Origin: an uncultured Acidobacteriota bacterium
GTDB lineage: Bacteria; Acidobacteriota; Vicinamibacteria; Vicinamibacterales; JAKQTR01
Assembly (NCBI GenBank): GCA_963806085.1
Contig: CAWDWR010000003.1
Location: 778,590 to 842,589 of the forward strand
DNA: 64,000 bases
Direction: 5' to 3'
Positions 33,963 to 43,377 of the stretch are shown piece after piece. Each line of letters opens with the position of its first letter. Position 1 is the first letter of the stretch. The translations under genes and the position numbers were made by a program. The notes below the pieces were generated by a model that was given only the letters and a program-made list of their open reading frames with translations, was not told the origin of the DNA and searched no databases.

Positions 33963-34673
33963 ATGAAGTTGGGCCTCAACATCGACCACATCGCCACCAT
34001 CCGTCAGGCGCGGCGCGCGCGGGAGCCGGAACCTGTCACGGCCGCCCTCATCGCTGAACTGGCGGGCGCCGAGGGCATTACGGTCCACCTGCGCGGCGAC
34101 CGCCGGCACATCCAGGACCGCGACGTCGAACTCCTGCGGCAGGTCATCGCCACCAGGCTCAACGTCGAGATGGCCGCCACGACGGAAATGGTCGGCATCG
34201 CCTGCCGCGTGAAGCCCGACCAGGTGACGCTCGTGCCGGAGCGGCCCGACGAGGTCACCACGACCGGCGGGCTCGACGTCGTCCAGCACGCCGGCGCGGT
34301 CCGCGACGCGGTCACGGCCTGCCGCGCGGCCGGCATCAAGGTGAGCGTCTTCATCGACGCCATCCCTGAACAGGTGGACGCCTCGAAGGCCGCCGGCGCC
34401 GATGCGATCGAGATCAACACGGGCCCGTATGCCGACGCGCCCGAGCCGGAGCGGCCGGCCGGCTTGACCCTTATCGCCCTGGCGGCGGAGCGCGCCGCAA
34501 GGGCCGATCTCGAGGTCCTGGCGGGCCACGGCCTCAACTACGTGAACGTCACCCCCATCGTCCGGCTGCCGCACATCGTCGAGCTGAACATCGGCCACGC
34601 CATCATCGCGCGGGCCGCGTTTGTCGGCCTCGATCGGGCAGTGAGGGAGATGGTGGGGCTGCTCAGAGGATGA
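33963..34673 (+). CDS. pdxJ: pyridoxine 5'-phosphate synthase
   Basis: MKLGLNIDHIATIRQAR...ITVHLRGDRRHI...NVEMA...VTLVPE...HGLNY...ELNIGHAIIA. Intact. Confidence 0.93.
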   Translation: MKLGLNIDHIATIRQARRAREPEPVTAALIAELAGAEGITVHLRGDRRHIQDRDVELLRQVIATRLNVEMAATTEMVGIACRVKPDQVTLVPERPDEVTTTGGLDVVQHAGAVRDAVTACRAAGIKVSVFIDAIPEQVDASKAAGADAIEINTGPYADAPEPERPAGLTLIALAAERAARADLEVLAGHGLNYVNVTPIVRLPHIVELNIGHAIIARAAFVGLDRAVREMVGLLRG

Positions 34674-35470
34674 AGGGGCTTCGCATGCGGGGATCAGGGG
34701 CTGGGGGCTGGGGGCTAGGGGCTGGGGACTTGGCGCTCGGCGCTAGTCAGGCTCGCCCTTTCGCTGCATTCCTGGTCCTCTCGCTTGTCACGCTGGCTGC
34801 GTCGGTGGCGGGCGCGGCGGAGCCGCAGACGGTGACGTTCACCGCGCGGGACGGCGTGCAGGTTTCGGCCGTCCTGCACGTACCCGACAAGACACCGGCC
34901 CCGGCCGTAGTCCTCCTCAACATGCTGGGCCGCACCCACCGTGATTGGGACGGTGCGGCCGCGAAATTCGTCGAGGCCGGCATTGCCGTGCTCGCCGTGG
35001 ACTTCAGGCAGATGGCGCTCGCCGATCCCGACGCGGCCGAGAGCGCCAGCAGCCGGTATGCGGCGCTCGTGCTGGACGCGGAGGCCGCGCGCGCCTATCT
35101 GGCCGCCAGACCCGAGGTGAACCCCTCTCGCATCGGGATGGCGGGCGCGTCGCTCGGCGCGAACGTCGCCGTCCTGGCTGCCGCCAACGATCCCTCGGTC
35201 CGCTCGCTCGCGCTGCTGTCGGTCAGCCTCGACTACCGCGGGCTGAAACTCGAGCAGGCGCTCAGGAAGTTCGCCTCGAGGCCGGCGCTGCTCGTCGCCA
35301 GCAGCGAGGATCCTTTCGCGCTGCGATCCGCGCGGCAGGCGGTGACGATGGGGGACGGCGCCCGTGAATTGCGGGTGCTGTCGGGGGCCGGCCACGGGTC
35401 CATGATGCTCGCCCGGGAGCCGGACCTGGCTGGCGCGCTGGTGGACTGGTTCCTCCGCACGTTGCTATGA
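34670..35470 (+). CDS. secreted alpha/beta hydrolase (dienelactone hydrolase-like); true start probably downstream of the repeat
   Basis: Intact ORF with signal-like FAAFLVLSLVTLAASVAGAAEP and nucleophile elbow GASLGA. The first ~25 codons are just the heptamer array (GAGGWGLGAG). Confidence 0.6.
   Translation: MKGLRMRGSGAGGWGLGAGDLALGASQARPFAAFLVLSLVTLAASVAGAAEPQTVTFTARDGVQVSAVLHVPDKTPAPAVVLLNMLGRTHRDWDGAAAKFVEAGIAVLAVDFRQMALADPDAAESASSRYAALVLDAEAARAYLAARPEVNPSRIGMAGASLGANVAVLAAANDPSVRSLALLSVSLDYRGLKLEQALRKFASRPALLVASSEDPFALRSARQAVTMGDGARELRVLSGAGHGSMMLAREPDLAGALVDWFLRTLL
34697..34745. repeat. tandem heptamer array (GGGGCTG GGGGCTG GGGGCTA GGGGCTG GGGACTT GGCGCTC GGCGCTA), single arm
   Basis: Direct reading. 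It is followed by GTCAGGCTCGCC, which resembles the loop start of the elements at 49771 and 53391. Confidence 0.85.
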
Positions 35471-36156
35471 TCGGAACGATGAAAGCTGAATCGATCGTCA
35501 TCGGCGTGGCCGGCACCGTGTTCGGCCTGATCGTGGGCTGGATGCTCGGGACCCAGCAGGCCCCGTCGCGGCCCCTCGCGCCGGCCGCGGCCTCGGCCCC
35601 GGCGGCTGCACAGGCGCCCATGGGAGCGCCCACGGGGACGCCACCGGCTGCGGCGCCGCTCCTCGACGAAGCGCAGATCGCCGCTCTCCGGGCCATCGCG
35701 GAAAAGGACCCGGCCAACGCGCAGTCGCGCGTGCAGCTCGGCAACATGTACTTCGACGCCGAACGGTATCAGGACGCGATTCAGTGGTACGAAGCCGCGC
35801 TCAAGCTGAACCCGGGCGACGTGAGCGTGAGCACCGACCTCGGCGTCTGCTTCTACTACACGAACCAGCCCGACCGCGCCGTCCGGCAGATGGAGGAATC
35901 GCTCCGGATGGACCCGCGGCACCTGAAGACGCTCCTCAACCTCGGGATCGTGAAGGCGTTCGGCAAGCAGGATCTCGTCGGCGCCGCGGCCGCCTGGGAG
36001 GAAGTCATCAAGATCGCGCCCGACAGCCAGGAGGGACAGGCGGCGAAGCGATCGCTCGCCAACCTGCAAGCCGCGCACCCTGGCGGGTCGCCCGTGCCGC
36101 CGCCCGGCACGCCGGCCGCCACACAGACCCCGAAGCCCGGCGCCCCCGCCCGGTAG
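35467..36156 (+). CDS. membrane-anchored tetratricopeptide repeat protein
   Basis: N-terminal TM helix, Ala/Pro linker, TPR units (QLGNMYFDAERYQDAIQWYEAALKLNP...). ATGA overlap with the upstream gene. Confidence 0.7.
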   Translation: MIGTMKAESIVIGVAGTVFGLIVGWMLGTQQAPSRPLAPAAASAPAAAQAPMGAPTGTPPAAAPLLDEAQIAALRAIAEKDPANAQSRVQLGNMYFDAERYQDAIQWYEAALKLNPGDVSVSTDLGVCFYYTNQPDRAVRQMEESLRMDPRHLKTLLNLGIVKAFGKQDLVGAAAAWEEVIKIAPDSQEGQAAKRSLANLQAAHPGGSPVPPPGTPAATQTPKPGAPAR

Positions 36157-36174
36157 CGGGCCGGAGCCCGCCGC

Positions 36175-36435
36175 ATGCTGGCGCGTTTTCTCATCTGGTC
36201 GCTGCTGCTGCTCGTCGTCTGGCGGGCGCTCCGCACCCTGATCGCCGGCATCGTCCAGGGCGCGTCCGCGCCGCCGCCGCCGCCGCCCGGCCCTCCCGAG
36301 AAGGGTGAGCTGATGGTCCGCGATCCCGTGTGCGGGACGTTCGTCCTGCCGTCGCGGTCCGTGTCGGCGAGAGACCGCAGCGGCACCCACCACTTCTGTT
36401 CGGACCGCTGCCGCCAGGCCTATCAGCAGCGCTGA
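36175..36435 (+). CDS. small membrane-anchored YHS/TRASH-type metal-binding domain protein
   Basis: TM helix, a proline run, then DPVCGTFV...HHFCSDRCRQAY. Confidence 0.55.
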   Translation: MLARFLIWSLLLLVVWRALRTLIAGIVQGASAPPPPPPGPPEKGELMVRDPVCGTFVLPSRSVSARDRSGTHHFCSDRCRQAYQQR

Positions 36436-36439
36436 CATC

Positions 36440-37408
36440 ATGTCCAGGCCCGCCGTCCTGCTCACCCGCCGCGTTCCCTCGTCTGTGGTCGCGCGGCTGG
36501 AAGAACGGTGCACCGTCGACATCTATGAGGGCCAGGACGCCATCCCCGCCGCGGAGCTCAAGGCCCGCCTCGCCGGCAAGCAGGCGCTGATGTGCCTGCT
36601 GACCGACCGCGTCGACGGTGCCGTGCTCGACGCAGGGCCCGGCCTGCGCATCGTGGCCAACATCGCCGTCGGCTTCGACAACATCGACATCGCCGCGGCC
36701 CGCGCCCGCGGGGTGATTGTCACCAACACGCCGGACGTGCTCACCGAAGCGACCGCCGACCTCACGTGGGGACTCATCCTCGCCGTGACGCGGCGCATCG
36801 CTGAAGGCGAGCGGCTCCTGCGTCGCGGGGAGTGGGCCGGCTGGGCGCTCGACTTCATGCTGGGGTCCGACCTCCGGGGCAAGCAACTCGGAGTCATTGG
36901 TCTCGGGCGGATCGGGAGGGCCGTGGCCGCGCGGGCCGGGGCGTTCGGCATGCGGGTGGCGTTCACGACGCTCGAGCCCGGGGCCGATGGCGGCGACGCG
37001 GCTGGCCCCGGCTGGGCGCGGCTCAGCCTGGACGAGCTGCTGACGAGCTCCGACGTGGTGTCGCTCCATGTTCCGCTGACGCCCGCGACGCGGCACCTCG
37101 TCGATCGGCGCGTCATCCTGCGCATGAAGCGCGGCGCCTATCTGGTGAACACCTCGCGGGGCCCGGTGGTCGACGAGGCGGCGCTGGCGTGGGCGTTGCG
37201 CGAGGGCCTGATTGCCGGGGCGGCGCTCGACGTCTACGAACAGGAACCCCTCGTGCACCCCGACCTGCTGGGCCTCGAGAACGTCGTGCTGGCGCCGCAC
37301 CTGGGAAGCGCCACCGTCGAGACGCGCACCGCCATGGCCGATCTCGCGGCGCGCAACGTGCTGGCAGTGCTGTCGGGCGCGCCGCCCCTCACACCGGTGG
37401 TCGGATGA
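36440..37408 (+). CDS. D-isomer-specific 2-hydroxyacid dehydrogenase (glyoxylate/hydroxypyruvate reductase-like)
   Basis: GVIGLGRIGRAVA NAD fold, NTSRG, ...PHLGSAT. Intact 322 aa. Confidence 0.85.
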   Translation: MSRPAVLLTRRVPSSVVARLEERCTVDIYEGQDAIPAAELKARLAGKQALMCLLTDRVDGAVLDAGPGLRIVANIAVGFDNIDIAAARARGVIVTNTPDVLTEATADLTWGLILAVTRRIAEGERLLRRGEWAGWALDFMLGSDLRGKQLGVIGLGRIGRAVAARAGAFGMRVAFTTLEPGADGGDAAGPGWARLSLDELLTSSDVVSLHVPLTPATRHLVDRRVILRMKRGAYLVNTSRGPVVDEAALAWALREGLIAGAALDVYEQEPLVHPDLLGLENVVLAPHLGSATVETRTAMADLAARNVLAVLSGAPPLTPVVG

Positions 37409-38097
37409 CGCGGATGAACTCGAATGACGTGGCATGGGTCATGCGCGGGATGGCCCGGGCCATCACCGGTCTCGATCTGCCCGTCGTCGAGAAGATCGCC
37501 GAGGACGCGCGGGAGGACGCTTTCCGCGTGCTCATCGCCACGATGCTTTCGGCGCGCACCCAGGATGCGACAACCGCAGCGGCGTCGGAACGACTGTTCC
37601 GGAAAGCGCCCGACGCCGGGCGCCTGGCGGCCATGCCGGTGAGCGCCATCGCGAAGCTCATTTACCCTGTCAGCTTCTACCGCACGAAGGCCCGCCACGT
37701 GAAGGCCGCATGCCGGGCGCTGATCGGCCGGTTTGGCGGCCGCGTGCCCGGCACGATGGAGGAGTTGCTCACGCTGCCGGGGGTGGGCCGCAAGACCGCC
37801 AACCTCGTCCTCATCCTCGGCTTCAAGAGCCTGCGCAACATCTGCGTCGACATACACGTGCACCGCATCTCGAACCGCCTCGGCTGGGTCACCACGAAAT
37901 CGCCCGAGCAGACCGAGCAGGCGCTGTACGAGCGGGTGCCCGCGCGGTGGTGGCCGTACCTCAACCTCTACCTCGTGACCTGGGGCCAGAACGTCTGCCG
38001 GCCGACGCACCCGCGCTGCGGCGACTGCGACGTGGCCGCCCGGTGTCCCCGCATCGGCGTGACGAAGGTCGGGAAATCCCGCGCCGCGCTCGCGTAA
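37405..38097 (+). CDS. nth: endonuclease III family DNA glycosylase
   Basis: ATGA overlap with the upstream gene. LPGVGRKTANLVL (HhH-GPD) and the C-terminal CRPTHPRCGDCDVAARC 4Fe-4S cluster loop. Confidence 0.85.
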   Translation: MTRMNSNDVAWVMRGMARAITGLDLPVVEKIAEDAREDAFRVLIATMLSARTQDATTAAASERLFRKAPDAGRLAAMPVSAIAKLIYPVSFYRTKARHVKAACRALIGRFGGRVPGTMEELLTLPGVGRKTANLVLILGFKSLRNICVDIHVHRISNRLGWVTTKSPEQTEQALYERVPARWWPYLNLYLVTWGQNVCRPTHPRCGDCDVAARCPRIGVTKVGKSRAALA

Positions 38098-38184
38098 CGC
38101 GCATCTGGTGTATCATCCGGCCTGGCTTCGGCCGGGCCATGCGCTCGCGTACCGAGGCACCATCGAAGCACCGCACAGAGGAGA

Positions 38185-38733
38185 ATGAACATGCGCACGT
38201 GGTCGCGCGCCGGCGTCCTGCTGATGTCGCTGGCGATTCTGGCTGGGCTGCAGGGCGTCGCATCCGCGCAGGCGCCGGCCCCAGGCCCCACAGTCGTGAT
38301 CGAAACCTCGAAGGGCAACATCACGATCGAGACGTACCCCTCCGAAGCGCCGAAGACCGTCGAGAACTTCCTGGCGCTCGTGAAATCGAACTTCTACAAC
38401 CGCCAGCATTTCCACCGCGCGGAGTCGTTTGTCATCCAGGTCGGAGACCCGGATTCCAAGGATCTCGCGAAGAAGGACTCCTGGGGGCGGAGGGGCAACG
38501 GGAAACCGGTTGGCGTGGCGGAAATCAGCAAGAAGCTGAAGCACAAGAAGGGGGCCGTCGGCATGGCGCATGCCGGCGACCCGGCCAAGGCGGACAGCCA
38601 GTTCTACATCACGCGGCTGGCGGGCAAGATCCCCGAGGGCAAGTACGCGATTTTCGGACAGGTCACATCGGGGATGGACGTCGTCGACAAGATAGAAGTT
38701 GGCGACACCGTCAAGCGGATGTATGTAAAATAG
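38185..38733 (+). CDS. periplasmic cyclophilin-type peptidyl-prolyl isomerase
   Basis: Signal peptide. TSKGNITIETYPSEAPKTVENFL...FHR...SQFYIT...FGQVTSGMDVVDKI. Confidence 0.88.
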   Translation: MNMRTWSRAGVLLMSLAILAGLQGVASAQAPAPGPTVVIETSKGNITIETYPSEAPKTVENFLALVKSNFYNRQHFHRAESFVIQVGDPDSKDLAKKDSWGRRGNGKPVGVAEISKKLKHKKGAVGMAHAGDPAKADSQFYITRLAGKIPEGKYAIFGQVTSGMDVVDKIEVGDTVKRMYVK

Positions 38734-38745
38734 AGTTGTTCAGTT

Positions 38746-38858
38746 CGCAGAGCGCGCAGAGCCGGCGGAAGACGAACATGGGGTGGTTCCGATTCATGCA
38801 CCGCCCCGGCCGACTGGATTCGGGCCACGAGCCTTCCTGAGGCTCTGCGTCCTCTGCG
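38746..38858. repeat. 18-nt inverted repeat (16/18) flanking 77 nt between convergent genes
   Basis: CGCAGAGCGCGCAGAGCC (38746-38763) against the rc of GGCTCTGCGTCCTCTGCG (38841-38858). Each arm contains CGCAGAG twice. Confidence 0.5.
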
Positions 38859-38897
38859 GTGCAGCAGCGGTCCCGCCAGGCACCTCGGGCCAACCCG

Positions 38898-39851
38898 TCA
38901 GTCGAACAGGGTCTCGCCTCGCGGCCGCGCCGCGATGGTCCCGAGGAACGGATACCGCTCGAGCATTTCCTGCGAGTACTCACCCGTCACCGGCTGGCCG
39001 ACGGCGTGGCGCAGGGCGGCCGCGTTGGCCACGGCCTTGCCCGCGAAGTGGTTGTTCATGAAGACGTAGATCTTCTGGACGAGCTGCCTCACGCGCGCGA
39101 CCGTGTCGGCGAAGCCATCGATCTCGGCCGGTGAATACAGGTAGTCGTACCGCTCGTCGGGATGATCGTGCGTCCACCACTTCTCGGCGTTCCGGCCGTG
39201 CAGCCGCATGTAGTAGAGGCTGCCCAGGTTCGGAAGATGGCTCTGCTGGATGGAGAACCGGAACTTGGGTTCGTCGATCTGCACCCACGCCGCCCGCCGG
39301 GCCTTCAGCAGCGCGAGCACGGCCTGCTGGTGGTCGCTCCAGCTGCGGTGCCGGAGTTCGACGGCAATCGGGTAGTCCGAGAACGACTGCAACAGCCAGT
39401 CCAGGTACTCGCAGGCATCGTCGCCGTGTTTGAAGCTCGGCGGAAACTGGACCAGCAGCGCGCCGAGCTTGCCGGCCGACGCCAGCGGATCGACGGACTG
39501 CCGGAAGGCGTCCACGTCAGCCCCCGTGACGGTGGGGATCGGGCTCTCCTCGGCACCCTCGTGCGACCCGGCATGCTTCAGATACATGCCCGGATGCGTG
39601 AACTTCTGGAAGAGCTTGAGGCAGAAGTCGAAGCGAGCGGGGCTCTCGAAGGCCCATTTCTTCGTCACCGCCGGATCAGGCAGCCGGTAGAAGCTCGAAT
39701 TCACCTCGACCGTGTCGAAGTGCTCGGCGTAGTACGCCAGCTCCGTGGCGCCGCGCATGCCGCCCCGCCGGGCAGGATAGAAGACGCCGTTCCAGGAGCC
39801 GGGCCCGGACGGATAGCTCCAGCCGGAGGTGCCGATTCGTACCTCGCCCAT
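38898..39851 (-). CDS. DUF72 (UPF0759) family protein
   Basis: IGTSGWSYPS...YYAEHFDTVEVNSSFYRLP...VQFPPSF...VELRHRSW. Intact 317 aa. Confidence 0.85.
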   Translation of the reverse strand: MGEVRIGTSGWSYPSGPGSWNGVFYPARRGGMRGATELAYYAEHFDTVEVNSSFYRLPDPAVTKKWAFESPARFDFCLKLFQKFTHPGMYLKHAGSHEGAEESPIPTVTGADVDAFRQSVDPLASAGKLGALLVQFPPSFKHGDDACEYLDWLLQSFSDYPIAVELRHRSWSDHQQAVLALLKARRAAWVQIDEPKFRFSIQQSHLPNLGSLYYMRLHGRNAEKWWTHDHPDERYDYLYSPAEIDGFADTVARVRQLVQKIYVFMNNHFAGKAVANAAALRHAVGQPVTGEYSQEMLERYPFLGTIAARPRGETLFD

Positions 39852-39905
39852 GAGATCCTCGCGCCGATTGTACGCCCGGCGGCCCCTGCTTCGGCGCTCG
39901 AGATT

Positions 39906-40026
39906 CAGTAGTAAGTAGCCAGTAGCCAGTAGGAACGCACAGCGAGAATGGGACGGCGAATGGGTCAGCGTGACGCCGGCGTGGCGTTCTTCTACTGACT
40001 ACTGGCTACTGACTACTGGCTACTGA
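39906..40026. repeat. inverted pair of heptamer arrays (CAGTAGT AAGTAGC CAGTAGC CAGTAGG ... CTACTGA CTACTGG CTACTGA CTACTGG CTACTGA) with a 58-nt spacer
   Basis: Direct reading. Arms are 39906-39933 and 39992-40026. Same unit family as at 32378-33949. Confidence 0.9.
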
Positions 40027-40059
40027 TCGGAGTACTTCCCGCTACAATGATTGTGCGGC

Positions 40060-40702
40060 ATGCTGACCATCAACGAGATCTTCCACTCGATCCAGGGCGA
40101 GTCGACGTACGCCGGCGCCCCGTGCGTGTTCGTGCGCCTGACCGCGTGCGACTTGCGCTGCACATGGTGCGACACGCCGTACGCCTTCACCGAGGGCCGG
40201 AAGCGAACCGTCGCTGAGGTGGTGGAAGAGGTGGCCGCGTTCGGCTGCCCGCTCGTCGAGGTGACCGGGGGCGAACCGCTGCTGCAGGAAGACGTGTACC
40301 CGCTGATGTCCGCCCTCAGGGATCGCGGCCTGACCGTCCTGCTGGAGACCGGGGGGCACATCGGCGTGGAACGCGTGCCCGACGGCGTCGTGAAGATCAT
40401 CGACGTCAAGTGCCCGGGAAGCGGCGAGTCGGCACGCAACCACTGGCCGAATCTCGACTTGCTGGGGGCGGCAGACGAGGTGAAGTTCGTGATCCGCGAC
40501 CGCGCGGACTACGAGTTCGCGCGTGACGATCGTTTATCGGCATCAACTAGCCGGCCGGTGCGCGGCCGTGCTCTTCTCACCGGTGCACGACGTGCTGGCG
40601 CCGCCGGAGCTGGCATCCTGGATGCTCGCCGACCGGCTGCCCGTGCGGCTGCAGCTGCAGGTGCACAAGTACATCTGGGGGGCCCATGCACGCGGCGTCT
40701 GA
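40060..40702 (+). pseudogene. queE: 7-carboxy-7-deazaguanine synthase (radical SAM); one frame break (~40528)
   Basis: IFHSIQGEST..., CDLRCTWCDT cluster motif, VEVTGGEPLL. The tail is in the next frame (...[15 protein letters not shown]). Confidence 0.85.
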
Positions 40703-41439
40703 CGCTCCGCGCAGGGCCGTGGTCCTCCTGAGCGGCGGCCTCGATTCCTACACCGCCGCCGCCATCGCGAAGGCCGAAGGCTTCGACCTGTACGCGCTCA
40801 CGGTCGCCTACGGCCAGCGCCACGCCGTCGAGCTCGAGGCCGCCCGGCGGGTCGCCGCCGCCCTCGGGGTCGCCCGCCACGTCGAGCTCCAGCTCGATCT
40901 CTCCGCCTTTGGCGGGTCATCGTTGACGGGATCAGGGCCCGTGCCCAAGGACCGGCCGATCGGCGGAGCCGGCATCCCGTCGACGTACGTGCCGGCGCGC
41001 AACACCGTCTTCCTGTCGCTGGCGCTCGCCTGGGCGGAGGCGCTCGGCGCCGCGGACATCTTCATCGGCGTGAACGCCGTCGACTACTCCGGCTATCCCG
41101 ACTGCCGGCCTGAGTTCATCGAGTCGTTCGAGCGGACCGCCGCGCTCGCGACGAGGGCGGGCGTCGACGGCGCGCGGTTCACGCATCCACACGCCGCTCA
41201 TCAGCATGACGAAAGGGGAGATCATCCGGCGCGGCCTGGCGCTCGGCCTCGACTACGGGCTGACCAGCAGCTGCTACGACCCGGCGCCCGGCGGCGCGCC
41301 GTGCGGGCGATGCGACAGCTGCGTGCTCAGGGCGCGCGGGTTCGCCGAGGCCGGCGCGCCCGACCCGGTGGCTGGAGCCCAGGGGCGCCGCATGGCGGCC
41401 GCGAAGCAAGGCGGCGCCAAAGGGAAGGACCGCTCGTGA
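40686..41439 (+). pseudogene. queC: 7-cyano-7-deazaguanine synthase; one frame break (~41185)
   Basis: [12 protein letters not shown]-loop, [19 protein letters not shown] 41206..41439 carries [14 protein letters not shown]...CGRCDSC. Confidence 0.85.
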
Positions 41440-42644
41440 CCGAACGCCTCTACTACACGGACCCGACGTGCATCGAGTTCGACGCCACGGTGGTGTCGGT
41501 CGTCGAGCGTCGACGGCCGACCCATCGTCGTGCTCGACCGCACCGCGTTCTACCCGACGTCCGGCGGGCAGCCGTACGACACCGGGCTCGCTCGGCGACG
41601 CCGAGGTGACCGACGTCGTCGACCGGGACGACGGGACCATCGGCCACGTCGTCAGCGCCCCGCTCGCCGCAGGGCACCCGCGTCCGCGGGCGCGTGGACT
41701 GGGCCCGCCGCTTCGATCACATGCAGCAGCACACCGGCCAGCACATCCTGTCGGCGGCCTTCGACCGGCTGCATCACGCGCGGACCGTCGGTTTCCATCT
41801 CGGCGCCGCGCTCTCGACGCTCGACCTCGACAAGGTGCTCGGCTCCGAGGCGCTCGCGGCCGCCGAGTCGGAAGCCAACCGCATCGTCTGGGAGAACCGG
41901 CCCGTGTCGATCCGGTTCGCCACGCCGGAAGAGGCCGCGTCGATGACGTTCCGCAAGGAACCCACGCGGAGCGGGCCGCTGCGCGTGATCGAGGTCGACG
42001 ACTTCGACATGTCGGCGTGCGGCGGCACGCACGTGGCGCGGACCGGCCAGGTGGGCGTCATCGCGCTGCGCGCGTGGGAGAAGTTCCGCGGCGGCATGCG
42101 GCTCGAATTCGTGTGCGGCGGCCGCGCGCTCCGCGAGTTCCGCGTCCTGCGCGACGCCGTCGGCGGGCAGCCTGCGCTTCCTCTCGGTCGCGCCGCAGGA
42201 CCTGCCTTCGGCCATCGAAGGCGCGCAGGCTGAGAACAAGGACCTGCGCCGCACGATCCGGGATCTCGGCGAGCGCCTGGCGGGCCACGAGGCCTCGGCA
42301 TTGGTACAGCGCGCCAGGCCGTCGGCCCGGCGCGCGTCATCGTCGACGCGCTCGACGGCTGGGATCAGGGCGGGCTGAAGGCCCTGGCATCGGCATCGGC
42401 GAGCCGGCCCGGCGTCGTCGCCGCGTTCCTGTCGGCAGGCGAGCCGGCGCTGATCGTCATCGCGCGCGCGCCCGACGTCAGCCTGGACGCGTCGGCGGCG
42501 CTCAAGGCGATGGTGCAGCGGTTCGGCGGGAAGGGCGGCGGCAAGCCCGATCTCGCGCAGGGCGGGGGACTGACCGGCTCGCGCGCCGACATGACCGCCG
42601 CGCTGGGCGAGATCATCGCGTCGATGCTTCCGCCCGCACCTTGA
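41436..42644 (+). pseudogene. alaX: alanyl-tRNA editing protein AlaX-L type (tRNA_SAD plus DHHA1-like C-terminus); about six frame breaks
   Basis: GTG overlapping the queC stop. [43 protein letters not shown], read across all three frames. Stop 42642..42644. Confidence 0.7.
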
Positions 42645-43365
42645 TCGCCCGCAGCCACATGTGCCGGATGAGCAGGCTGCCCGGCGCGATCACCCTCCAG
42701 TAGCGGGCGAACACGTCACGCGACACGGGGTCCGTCGCGTGGACCCGCGTCTCGGTGGTGAGCCGGCAGAGGCCGGGGCCCCGAGGTTCGATCGAGAAGC
42801 CCATCACCGCCTTGGCGAACCCCGGACGCGCGAGCGCCTTGAACGACTCGGGCGTCGGGCCGGCAGCCAGCTTGACGCCCTGTGGCGCCATGACGACCGC
42901 GCCCATCACGAACTCCCGGCCGGACACCTCGGCCAGCGCCATGAACGACGTCCGCGTCGCCACGCGCACGAGGGACTCGTTGTCAGGGGGATTCAGCACG
43001 CTCTCCGGTCCCGACGTCCCGCCTCGCCGGATCCACGCCAGCGTGCGGTAGCCCGGCACCTCGGCGGCCGTCACGCTGAAGATCGCATCGTAGACGCGGT
43101 CGGCCGAGGCGCGCACGGGGATTGAGGCGGTTTCCGAGAACTGGTAGATCGGCGCGAACTCATCGAGCTTCGAAGCCGGCCGTGCCACGTAGTCCGCCAG
43201 CGCGGTCGCGTTCAACGCGCGGGACGCGCCCCACCACCCGGCGAGCAGCACCAGGACCGCGATCCAGCGATTGCGGATCCCCAGCGCCCGGACAGGGCGC
43301 AGCACGGACAGCAGGCCCGCCAGCGCCATCGTCACACACGCGTAGAACGCGAAGGACGATGCCAT
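42613..43365 (-). CDS. hypothetical membrane-anchored protein
   Basis: Intact 250-aa ORF with two N-terminal hydrophobic helices. No motif I can name. Confidence 0.4.
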   Translation of the reverse strand: MASSFAFYACVTMALAGLLSVLRPVRALGIRNRWIAVLVLLAGWWGASRALNATALADYVARPASKLDEFAPIYQFSETASIPVRASADRVYDAIFSVTAAEVPGYRTLAWIRRGGTSGPESVLNPPDNESLVRVATRTSFMALAEVSGREFVMGAVVMAPQGVKLAAGPTPESFKALARPGFAKAVMGFSIEPRGPGLCRLTTETRVHATDPVSRDVFARYWRVIAPGSLLIRHMWLRAIKVRAEASTR

Positions 43366-43377
43366 GCGCGTGCGGGG

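Noticed and set aside
39934-40059. PreQ1 riboswitch upstream of queE-queC.
   Set aside because: I could not find the conserved preQ1-I/II loop sequences. The interval is occupied by the heptamer hairpin and a short spacer.
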